A stretch of DNA of 64,000 nt from Parvularia atlantis (taxonomy: Eukaryota), in contig CALSCO010001326.1 in the NCBI GenBank assembly GCA_943704415.1, positions 1 to 64,000 on the forward strand. Reading direction: 5' to 3'. The position numbers were made by a program, and so were the translations under genes. Shown here piece by piece: positions 35,647 through 46,991 of this stretch (position 1 is its first letter; every line of letters begins with the position of its first letter). The notes under the pieces are model-generated. The model was not told the DNA's origin, ran no database searches, and saw nothing but the letters and a program-made list of their open reading frames with translations.

Positions 35647-38600
35647 ATGGGCGTCCCCAAGGTGGGCGCGTGCCCGTTGGCGCAACGCGCGTTCGCTGAC
35701 GCCCGCGCCGCCGCCGCAGTTCTTCCGCTACATCAGGCGCGCGCCACACCGCACACATCTGCCGCCACTAACGCGCCCGGACAGCGAGCGCTACCCGCTC
35801 ATCTCGCAGCTCGTCGCCGACAACCGCATCTCCGAGTTTGGTGCGCGGCGCTCGCTTGGCCCGCGCGCGAGAGCATGGCGCTCACGGCCCTCGTGCGCAG
35901 ACAACCTGTACCTCGACATGAATGGCGTACGCCGCTGCTTGCTGCTTGCTGCACGTGGGGGGCGGGGGCGCGGGGAGGCTCACGGCGCGCGCAGATCATT
36001 CACGCTTGCACTCACAACGACGACGAGCCGACGCTGTCAATGACCGAGGAGCAGATGTTTGCGGGCATCATGCGCTACATCGACCAGCTGTTCGAGGTCA
36101 TCCAGCCGCGCCGGCTGTTTTACCTCGCCGTCGACGGTGACGCCGCTGCACGCGCGCGCTCTCGTGTGCTTAACCGGGGCGAACCGAACGAACGGCAGGC
36201 GTCGCGCCCCGCGCCAAGATGAACCAGCAGCGCGCGCGCCGGTTCAAGTCGAAGCGCGAGGCGCAGGAGCGTGCCGCGCAGGCCGCGCGGTCGGCCGCCA
36301 AGAACGGCGGCGGCGCCGCGGTGTCCACCGAGCCGCCCTTCGACAGCAACTGCATCACGCCAGGCACGTCTTGTGAACACATCCGCGAGCACGGCCTGAC
36401 CCGCGACGCGCCACGCCAGGCACCGACATGATGACGCGCCTGTCGGTACACCTCAAGTACTACATCGCCCTGCGCATCAAGGAGGACCCGCGCTGGCGCA
36501 GCATCCGCGTCATCTTCTCGGGCTACGAGGCGCGCGCTGCACCCGACGTGACGCGCTCGAGCCGCCCGGCTCACACGCACGTGCCAGGCGCCCGGCGAAG
36601 GCGAGCACAAGATCATGTCGTTCATCCGCTCGCAGCGCTCCCTGCCCGACTACGACCCCAACACGCGGCACTGCCTGTACGGGCTGGACGCGGACCTGAT
36701 TATGCTCGGGCTGGTCTCGCACGAGACGCACTTTGCGCTGCTGCGCGAGGAGGTCACGTTCGGGCCAAAGAAGCACAAGTGCGTCTGCGCTGCACACTTC
36801 ATGGCGCTGAGACATGCGCGCACGTACACGTTCACAGGGCCAAGCACACGGGCACGCGCTTCTACCTCATGCATCTCTCGCTCTTCCGCGAGTTCCTCGA
36901 CCTCGAGTTTGGCGCCGCCCGCGAGCAGCTGCCGTTCGCGTACGAGGTCGATCGCGTCGTCGACGACTTTGTGCTGCTCGCGTACTTTGTCGGCAACGAC
37001 TTTCTCCCGTCCCTGCCGTCGCTCTACATCCCCAACGGCTCGCTCGCCGTCATGTTCCAGCTCTACAAGCGGCTGCTGCCGAAGCTCGGTCCGCGCGCGC
37101 GCGCGCGCCATCGCCCTGCGCCGCGCGTGCGCTCACATACATGCCCGCAGGCGGCTACATGAACGAGCGCGGTACGCTCAACCTGCAGCGCGTCGAGATG
37201 TTCCTGCGCGAGCTGGCCGAGAACGAGCGCACGATCTTTGACAGCGAGATGGCCGACAAGGCCTGGCTCAAGAACCGCCTGCTTAGCAGAGCAAACCCGG
37301 CGCGGCCGGACGAGAAGGGTGCGTCGCCGCGCGCCCGCTGTGAGCCAGCAGGCGTGCTGACGAAGACGGTCCTGTGCGTGCGCGCTTGCAGAAGAGCCCC
37401 GTGTAGTGCTCACGTCTAGCCAGTGCGTCGTCTTTGACCAGATCAAGAATTTTTTCCTCAACTTTAGCACGGCCGACATCGAGGAGCTCCGTGCGTGGCG
37501 GCGCGGGCAGGCGTGCGCACGCGCGTGCTGCTCACGCCCAGCGCGCGCTCGCAAGGGGTGTACGCGCCCGAGGTCCCGGTCGACATGGAGAACGAGCTGT
37601 GCTTCCCGGCCACGCTCAGCTCCAAGGACCGCCAGTTTGCCGCGCGCGTGGCTGACGAGCTGTGCCTGTCGCACGAGGTCATCGGATCCGGTGCGCCGCC
37701 GCGCGCAGCGGGTGCGTGCGGCGTGCTGAGGTCTCTGCGGTGCGCGGCAGGCAAGGACCGCTCGCTCGTGGTGTGGCAGGACGAGCAGCTCAACCTGGCG
37801 CACATGATGGAGCCCGGGCACTTTGCGCGGGTGATCGCGCGGTACGAGAACGCCGTGATCCGCAACGACGACTTTGTGGAGGTCGACGATGCCAACGTGC
37901 GTGCCGAGGCACGTGCGACCGCGCGGCCGCTGCTAAGCAGTGGCGCAGCGCGAGGCGTACGAGGCGGCGTTTGCCGAGTGGAAGCGCAACTACTACCGCA
38001 CCAAGCTCAAGATCGACCCGAGCGACGTAAGCGGTGTGTGCCGGACGCCCTGTGCTCGTTGCGCCGTGCGTTCATCGCCCGGTCGCGCCAGCGGTCAAGG
38101 CCGTGCGCAACAGCTACGTCGAGGGCCTGCAGTGGGTGCTGCACTACTACTACGACGGCGTCGCGTCGTGGTCGTGGTACTTCCCCTACCACTACGCTCC
38201 GCTCATGTCGGACCTGGTCGACCTGCACGAGGTACCGATCCACTTTGAGCTTGGTGCGTGCCCGCCGTGTGCACGCGCAACGTGCGCGTGGGCCAACATC
38301 TGCCCGCGCACGCAGGGAAACCGTTCCAGCCGTTTGAGCAGCTGCTGGCCGTGCTGCCGCCGCAGTCGCTGGTGCGTCGCCGTCCGGCCGCGCCGCGTGC
38401 CGCACGCTGATGCGCGGCGCTGGCCGCAGCCGCTCGTGCCGCCCGTGTACCGCCCGCTGATGATGGCGGAGGAGTCGCCCATCCGCGACTTTTACCCGCT
38501 GCACTTCGAGTCGGACCTGAACGGGAAAAAGAACGATTGGGAGGCCGTCGTGCTGATCCCGTTCATCGACCAGCAGCGCCTGCTGCGCGCAATGCAGCCG

Positions 38601-41600
38601 TACAACGAGCGCCTGAGCAAGGAGGAGCAGATGCGCAACAGTGCGTGCGAGGCCGCGCGAGTGGTCCGGGCGGGCTCACGTGCGGGGCCTGCCGCGCGGT
38701 CGCAGGCTTCGGCCCAGAGCTCGTGTTCACGTACGACGGCACCAAGGACTACGCCTTCCCGTCGCCGACCGCCGGCGCGCTCTTCCCGGACATTGCGCAC
38801 TGCCCCGTCGCCGTGCAGGTGCGATGCGCGCACGGTTCGCGGAAGGTGACGCTCACGCGCGCTGCGGCAGATCTTTGTCAACCCGGACGTGCCGCGCGAC
38901 AAGGGCTTCCGCCAGGGCCGGCTGCCCGGGGCGCTCTTTGGCGTGGACGGTGCGCGCCACGTGTGCGTGCTGCGAGGGCTTGGCGACTGACGCACCGCGC
39001 CGGGTAGCGCTCGCCGGCTTCCCCACGTTGTACACCCTCCCGATCAGAGCCGAGCTGCGCATGCATGGCGTGCGCGTGTTTGACGCCGAGAGCAAGTCCG
39101 AGAGCCACGTCGTGACGCTGATGACGCCGCAGGAGGTGCGTGCGCCGCCGCTGGCGCTGGTGGTGCGTCCTGAGCACGCGCGTTGCAGCCGCCCGAGGCA
39201 GTCGCGGCAAAGCTGCTTGGCAACAAGTGCTACGTCGGCTGGCCGTTCTTGATCGAGGCGATCGTCGTGGGCGTGTCGACCAACCTGTTCACGTACCAGC
39301 GGCGCGTCACAGCGGGTGCGCGCGTGCGGTGTTTGCTGCGCTGCAGGGCGCTGACGGCACGTGCAGGCAACAAGAACGTGGGCAAGATTGCCGTGGACGC
39401 GCTGCCGCAGCCGAACGGCGCCGCAGTGGAGGCGTGGGAGCGCAAGGCCGACCAGATCGAGACCGAGTACTCGAAGCGGGGCATTCTCACGGGCGTGATC
39501 GGCACGCTCGTGCACGTAAAGCCGCTCAAGGCACGTCCTCGCTCGCGCGGACGCACCGTGGCATGCGCTGACGGCACCGCGAGCAGGGGCTCAAGCGGCA
39601 GCAGGACGGCAAGATTGTGAAGGAATACGACCACATCGAGCAGCTTGTGCCGGACCTGGCCGTGGTCGAGCACGTCAAGAACGAGGATAAGCGCTTCATG
39701 GAGCGGCTCGCGCCCGCGCTCGAGGTGCGTCTCAGTGCACGGCCGCAGCGCGGATGTGTTCACTCCGGGCGCAGGACGAGATGCCGCTCGGGTCGCACGT
39801 GCTCTACCTGGCCCCTCAGCCGTACGGCTGCCTCGCGACGGTCGAGGGTGAGTGCCGCCGCCGCGCGGCCTGCGGGTGCACAATGCTGAGATGGGGGTGC
39901 GCGCAGCCGTGGACAACATCCGCGAGGTCGTGAGCGTGTCGCTGCACGACGAGGCCCAGAGCATCGCGGCCAGCGCCAAGCCGGTCGCGATCAGCCGCGT
40001 CGAGGAGGTGCGCTGCGCTACTCTACATAGTTGGGCACTAGGCAGACGGCGTTCGTGCGTGTACACAGGAGTACTACGAGTCGGCGGTTGTCGCGCGGAC
40101 CCTGGGCATCTCGGTCAATGCGCTCTTCCGCCTGACCGGCAGCATCATGGTGCGCGCAGCCGCGCTGGCAGGCAGCTGCGCGCACGACACCGATCGGCTC
40201 ATACACCGGTGCGCAGGTGCTGCCAACGGACGGCAGCAGCGTGGTCAACATTGGTCTCAACCTCAAGTTCCACCACAAGGGCCTGCGGGTGCGCCCGCGC
40301 GCGATGCGCCCGCGAGCGTCGCCTGAGCACCGCGCGCGCAGGTCGTCGGCTTCTCGCGCATGGCCAACAAGCGCTGGGAGTTTTCGCAAGCGACGATCGA
40401 CCTCCTGCACAACTACCGCGCGCGCTTCCCGGACCTGTTTGCGTGCGCCGCTGTGCAGCGCTCGCGCTCGCAGCCCGCTCACGGCCGGCGCGGCGCGCAG
40501 CACGCTCCTGAGCACGGAGGCCGAGAACAACCAGTACCTGGAGAGCGATCTGTTTCCGCGCGACGCAGCGCCTGGCCAGGGTGCGTGCCGTGGGCATCGA
40601 GCGCACGCCCACTGATGCGTCGTGCGCCATTCAGGCCTGGACAGCGTGCGCCAGTGGCTGCGGGCGACAGGCGTCGACAGCCTGCAGCGCGTGTCGGTCA
40701 CGTCGGAGCGCCTCACGGCCGCCGAGGTCGCGCGGGCGGCAGCCGAGATCGACCAGCGCCTTGCGGCGCAGACCGCAGCAGCGCTCTCGGGCGCGCCGCC
40801 GGCCAAGCGCGTGCTCACCGGCATCAAGCCCGCGCTCGTCCTCACGCCCGAGCTCGCGCTCTTCCGCCTCGGCAACCAAACCTTCCGTCTCGGCGACCGC
40901 GTGCGTCTGTGCACGTGGCTGGCCATCGGCTTTGGCTCGTGGGGCACGGTCGTCGCTGTTGAGCTGCCCAAGGTGCGGCCGCGCCTCTGACACGTCGGCG
41001 CACGCTCACGCTCCGCGCAGGTGCAAGTGCTGCTCGACCAGGCCACATCGCACGCCGGCACGCTCGAGGGCCTGTGCCCGCAAGGCCGCGGCGTCGAGGT
41101 GGACGCGTTCGGCCTGCTCAACCTCAGCCGGCCTGTGGCGCCCATCGGTGCGAGCTGCTGCCAGTGGCGCACTGGCAGCGCGCTGATATTGCTGTGCCCC
41201 GCAGGCGTGCCGCACAGCGCTCAGCAGCCAGCAGCCGCCGCTGCCGCCGCAGACACGGCCGGCGCGCCCTCGGCACGCGCACGCAGCGGACGTGCCTCCA
41301 AGGGCGCGGCCGCCCCGGCGGCGCCGCAGAAGGGCCCTGTGAAGATCCTGCAGCGTGGCGCTGACCCCAAGCCGCTCACGGTCTCGTATGCCGAGATGGT
41401 CGGCGCCGAGACCAGCAACGGCGCTCGCAAGCCCAATCAGCAGCAGCCGTCGTCGCACGGCATGCCCGTGATTATGGCGCCGCGGCCGCCGACTTTTGTG
41501 CCGTCGTTCCTCGACACGCCCGCGCCCGCGCCCATGCTGGTGCCATCTGTGCCGCTCGCGGATCTCCAGGCCGTGCTCGCCGGCGGCCGCCCGCCCGCCG

Positions 41601-41965
41601 CCATCTCGGCCCTGCTCGCGCCGCGCCCGCCCGCGGACCCCGGCCAGCAGCTGCTGAACGCGCTCAAGGTGCCCGAACCCGTCGCAGTGCACAAGAACGG
41701 CTCGGCGCCGATGCTGCCCGCTGGTATGCCAACCTACGCTTACGTCCCGCCGGAGCTGCGGCTCTTCTCCGGCCCGCCCGTGCCGATGCCCGTGCCGATG
41801 CAGTCGTACCCGGCGATGGTCGTTGCGCGGCCGCACCAAGCCCCGCGCCCGCCGCCCGCTGCCGGCCCGTCGCCGTTTGTGCCGCTGCAGGCGCAACGCC
41901 CGAAGAAGACGCCGAGCGCGCCGGGGGCGCCAGCGACCGCGCCGCAGCCGGCGTCGGGGCCGTGA
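35647..41965 (+). CDS. XRN1: 5'-3' exoribonuclease 1, many introns
   Basis: [109 protein letters not shown], plus XRN1-specific C-terminal parts ([20 protein letters not shown]). Confidence 0.96.
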
Positions 41966-42277
41966 GTGGCGTGTGGTGTACGTGCTGTCACGGGCTGGTG
42001 AGACCGAATGCCAGTGCCGCCAGACATGACAAGCGATGGCCTGCTGCAACACGGCCTACGCCCAAGTCGGGTGGTGACTTGCCGGTTCTCGCGGCGTCAC
42101 CGGCGGCGTGTGCGCGCATGCGCTCGGTGACGAGTTCGACTCGGAGCAGCTCTTTTTGCATCGCTTGAGCGCTCCTGCGCATCTCGACCGTCGGATGAGG
42201 TGAACGACTTGAAGTGCGTGTGCTTTCTGTGACGGTCTCTGGCATCATAGCACGCAGTACAGCTCGCACTTCACGCG

Positions 42278-44872
42278 TCACACGGCGCCCTGCGACACCT
42301 GCAGCTTGACGAGCGACTGGATGAACGTGTGCATAAACTCGTGCACGCCCGCGAGCCCCTCCGCCTTAAGGAAGGCGAGCAGCTTGACACTGTGCCCGCG
42401 CATGGGATCAGCCGCAATGCACCAGCGCACCGCCGTGCGAAGCGTGCACCGCAGCTCGGCGTAGTTGGCCACCGACAGGCCAAGCGCGCGCGGCCTGAAC
42501 GGTCCGGGCTGGAGCATCTCGGGCGCCTCGCGCAGCTGCGCCACTGCCGCTGCGTGGTCAGGGCGAGGGCGCATATGCATGCGCGGCGCGAGCGCACCGT
42601 CGCCGCCGAGGGACTCGATGAAGCGGCGCGTGAAGCCCGCAAACGCGCTCGAGTGCACGAGCGAGAGCGCGTACATGCGCTCGTTGCACGCCGCAAGCGC
42701 GTCGCTGTCGCGGACGTCAGTATACGCCCATCAACACGGGCGCGTCGGCCGCGCACCACGACAGCGCCTCAAACAGCAGCGTCTCGTCGCCGCCGCCGGG
42801 CAGCTTCATGCGCCAGAGCGCGCTGCTGATGTCGAGGATGAACACGTTGAACTCGCGCACGCGCTCGAGGCCATTGAGCAGGCTGTGCGTGCGTGTGCGA
42901 TTTGTCAGCATTCGTGCGCACAGGATCACGCAGCCGACGCACCCGGCGCCGCTGTAGCCCTCAAACTCGATCGCGACGGCGTTGTTCTTGTTGTCGCGCT
43001 TGAGCGTGTCGTACGCGGCCTTGTACCTGCGGGCCTGCGGTCAGGCGCGTGGCGGCCCGCAGGCCGATGCACGCACTGCGCGACCATGCCGCACAGACGC
43101 GACACGGCCATCGCGGTCGATGACAACAGGCAGTGCTGCACCACCGACGCGGACGGGATGGCCACGAACGGGATGCCGTGGCTCGGGTGCAGCACGCACA
43201 CCTGCGCGCGCGGCGCACAGGCAGCGCGTCAGCTCCGTCGCGGCAGGGCAAAGTGCACGCTGCGGCCGCACCTGCTCGTAGAACGACAGCGCCGCGTGCT
43301 CGAGCGCCACGTGCCCCTGCTCGAGCTGGAAGGCGCTGACGAGCAGGCGGTCCACGTGCGACACGAGCTCGTACAGCGTCTTGAAGTGGTCGACGTCGTC
43401 CGGGATGCCCTGTGCGCATGCATCACGTACGTCAGCTCGAGACCCGGTGCCGCCTCGTGCGCGCCTGTAGCGCCGCGTGCGTGCGCTCCTTGGACCGGGC
43501 AAAGTGCGTCTTCCAGTCAAACAGCGCCCAGTAGCCCACGACGCGCGCGTACGTGCCCACGAGCCGGCACTGTGTGTAGCGCCACCGCATCAGCCGCCCT
43601 CCTGCGATCGCGCGCGCCCGTGCACCTTCCACGCGACGTCGCTCAGCAGGAACAAGCGCTGCAGCGGCGCGAAAAAGTCGGTGTAGAGGTCTACCATCGT
43701 ATGCCGCGTGAGCCTTGAGGCGGCGTGTGCGGTACGCGCGCCACACCCTCGAACGCGCGCGGACGGATCTTGGCCAGGAGCGCAAAGACGTGCTCGGCGT
43801 GCGCGTGGCCGTTCCACGTCTTGAGGTACGACGCGAGCGAGCGGTCAAACATGCCCGGGTCCTCCTCGGCCGGCGCGGCGTGCTGCTGAGGCTGCTGGCC
43901 AGGCGGTGGCGGCGGCAGGCGCGGCGTCTTGCGGCCGAGCGTGCCCTGCTGCGGCGCCCGCGTGAGCCGCACGCCAATGTCGGCCCCGCAGCCAATCGGC
44001 GCACCATCCGCCGCGCGCCGCCCACCGGCGCGACCTTGACGGCGACCCACTGCGGCTGGTGCAGCTTGTAGATTGCGAGTAGGTTCATCAGCGCGGGCTC
44101 GGCGCCGACGCGGTGGTACAGGTCCATGCTGCGCGCGCGCGCGTGAGCCGCCGCGTCTTCACGATCGGTGCACCGCACGCACAGCTTGTTGCAGCGGAAC
44201 AGCTTGACGTGCTCGTGCGTGGTGAGGCGGTAGAGCAGCTGGCACAGCAGCGGCCTTGGGGCGGAGCGGGAGCGGCCGTTGTCATGCGGCGTGTCCCCCC
44301 GCAGCCGCCTTCGCATCGCGCGCACCGCAGCGACTCGTACTCGAGGTAGTGGAACAGCACGCCGTACAGCTGCACCAGGCGCCGCACGTCATCGAGGCGG
44401 TCCCAGACGAGCACGAGCCACTTGAGCACGAGGCCCTGTCCGCATCGACGGCCTGAGCACATGGCAAGAGCGTCCGACACGCACCTTGAACACGACCGAG
44501 TGCTCCTGGCTGTTGAGGCAGCCGAGGACGAGCACGGCCGCCTCCTCCGGCACGGCGGCGCGCGGCACGGCGGCGCGCAGCACGCGGCGTGTCACGCCGT
44601 CGCGCCACGTGGCGAACCCGCGCGGCAGCGAGCCGTCGGGCACGGCGCCGCGGCGGACGAGCGCCGTGACGAGCGCGAGGACCGCGTCCGGTGCGAGGCC
44701 CTCCGCGAGCGCCAGCGCGGCCACAGCGCGGTCCACGGCGGCGCGGTCGACGTCGGCGGCGCCGGCGCCGTGCTCGAGGGCCGCTGCGGCGCCGCGTGAG
44801 GCGCGCGTGAGGCGCAGAGAGAGAGCGACGCGTCGCACCTTTGACCGCTGCCACGGTGGCTGTTGCGTCCAT
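42278..44872 (-). CDS. CENPI: Centromere protein I (Mis6/Ctf3)
   Basis: LKWLVLVWD..LYGVLFHYLEYESL/RPLLCQLLYRLTTHEHVKLFRCNKL..EPALMNLLAIYK, YLKTWNG, FNVFILDISSALWR, LSLVHS, FLKAEGLAGVHEF. The 3' end is approximate. Confidence 0.82.
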
Positions 44873-44920
44873 CGCAAGCACACCCAGCCGCTGTAGATCA
44901 AAGCACACTCGGCCGTACAC

Positions 44921-46417
44921 ATGCGCGTCGCGGTGGTTGGCGCCGGTCTCATCGGGCTCAACGTGGGCGGGCGCCTGGTGCGCGCCGGCCACGACGTCAC
45001 GTTCTTCGGTGCACGGGCCGAGCGCGTCCTGCGCGGCTGCGTCTGCGATTGACGGGTGGGAGTGGCGGCAGGCCGCCTGCGCTACCGCGACCTCGTGCGC
45101 GAGCACGGCCTGCGCGTCTCGGGGCTGAGCGATGAGGCCGCACCGTTCCTTGTGCCGGTGCGGCGATCGGAGCGCGGACCGTGCCGTCGAGTGGCTCAGC
45201 CGCGTGCGCTGCAGGACGTCAAGTACGAGAGCGACCTGGCCCTGCTCGACCGCAGCGACTGGGACTACGTGCTTGTGACGCTCAAGGCCATCGGCACGGT
45301 GCGGGCGCGCACCCCGATGCGCGTGCGGGCGCGGGCGCTGACGCTGCGGGCGCCGCTCAGCCGGACGTCGGCGCCGCGCTCAAGGGCAGCACGCGCGCAC
45401 ACAAGGCGCGTGCCCCGTGCTGCCGCATGCGACGCTGATGCGCGGGCGCACGCAGATCGTCAGCTTCCAGAACGGCGTCGACAACGCGGCGCAGCTGCGC
45501 GCCGCCATCGCGAGCAGCACCGTGCAGGCGTGCGCGGGCGCGTGCGTGTGTGGTCGCTGTGCTGAACCGTGCGGGCTCAACAGGTCTTTGCGGGGATGGT
45601 CATTTTCAACGTGATCCTGCTGCCGCCGTGCCATTTCCACCAGGGTGCGCGCGCGCGCGGTCGCTGCGATGTGCCCTCGGCTGACGGGTGCGCGCACAGC
45701 GAGCGGCGGCGACATGTTTGTGGACGACGCGCCGGACGTGCGCGCCCTGGCCGACGCTCTGACGGCGGCGGGCATGCCGTGCCACCTGCACGCAGACATG
45801 CGCGGCGTGCTCTACTCCAAGCTACTGTTTAACCTAAACAACGCGATCAACGCGATCGCCGGCATCCCGCTCAAGCAGGAGCTGTCGCAGCACGTGCGTG
45901 CGCCGCCCGGTCTTCTCGCAGCGGCTCAGCGGCGCCTGTGCGCGCCAGGGCTACCGCTACGTCCTCGCGTGCCTGCAGCGCGAGGCGCACAGCGTCTACG
46001 CGGCCGCGGGCATTGTGCCGGCCAACATCACCGGCGTGCCGGCGTGGCTGATCACGTACGTGCTGCAGCTGCCCGACTGGCTCTTCCCGCACGTCGCCCG
46101 CACGACGCTGCGCATCGACGAGTCGGCCGAGTCGTCGATGGTGCGCGTGCTTTCTGTGCTGCACCGGCCTCACGCCGCCGCGGCCGTCCCAGGCCGACGA
46201 CCTCGCCAACCGGCGCACGACCGAGGTCGAGCAGCTCAACGGCGAGATTGTGCGCCTGGGCCGCGCGCACGGCGTGCCGACGCCGTTCAACAGCGCGCTG
46301 CTGGCGCTCGTGCACCAGGCCGAGCAGGCGGGGGCGGGCTCGCCTCGGCTGTCGGCCGATGCGCTGCTGGCGTCGCTCGAGAGTGCGCTGCAGGCGACAT
46401 CGGACCATGCAAAGTAG
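44921..46417 (+). CDS. panE: 2-dehydropantoate 2-reductase (PanE/ApbA), bacterial-like subfamily, intron-containing
   Basis: VVGAGLIG (Rossmann), LVTLK, VSFQNGV, YSKLLFNLNNAINAIAG, LQLPDWLF..LRIDESAESSM/ADDL..TEVEQLNGEIV. Confidence 0.88.
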
Positions 46418-46490
46418 CTGTGCATCGAACGACAACCGATGGCCATAAACTTGAAGATTGCACGAGCGCTGTAGGCCTATGTCGCCGTAG

Positions 46491-46880
46491 ATGTCGCGCG
46501 CACGGGCAAGATGCTCTCTCACGCGCGGAGCCTGTGGCTGCGACGGGCGCGTGCTCGTCGTCATGGGCAACGCCCAGGTCATCAACCACATCAACTTCAC
46601 CTCAACGTACGACTCGGAAAGGGCGGCGCTCTACGACCCCGGGCCGGCGACAACTCAACGGCCTAATCCTGTGAGCGAGTACGGGCATCATGGCCCGTAT
46701 GCCCAGGAGGCAGTCGTGCTGCAAGACGGGCGCGTGCTGGCGATCGGCGGCCTTGGCGACGTGGCGAGATAACCTCGTACGAACTGCTTGACCCGGTGAC
46801 CGAGCGATGGAACGCGACGGCCCGGGGCCGCCTCGCTAATGCTCGATTTTTGGCCATGAGGTGGGCGTGCTGCTCGACGT
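46491..46880 (+). pseudogene. Degenerate kelch/galactose-oxidase-type repeat fragment
   Basis: DGRVLVVMG..AALYDP, AVVLQDGRVLAIGG, then a stop at 46770-46772. Another frame continues SYELLDPVTERW..L..AR. Only ~2 blades are present. Confidence 0.55.
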
Positions 46881-46991
46881 TCAAGTCGTGTGCCCTCTGT
46901 GTGCCTGGTGGTTTCGCCGACAGTCTCGGCTCGGCTGATCAATTCCGCCGACATCGCCCCCCTTTGCCCATCGGCCCTCTCGACGGCGGCG

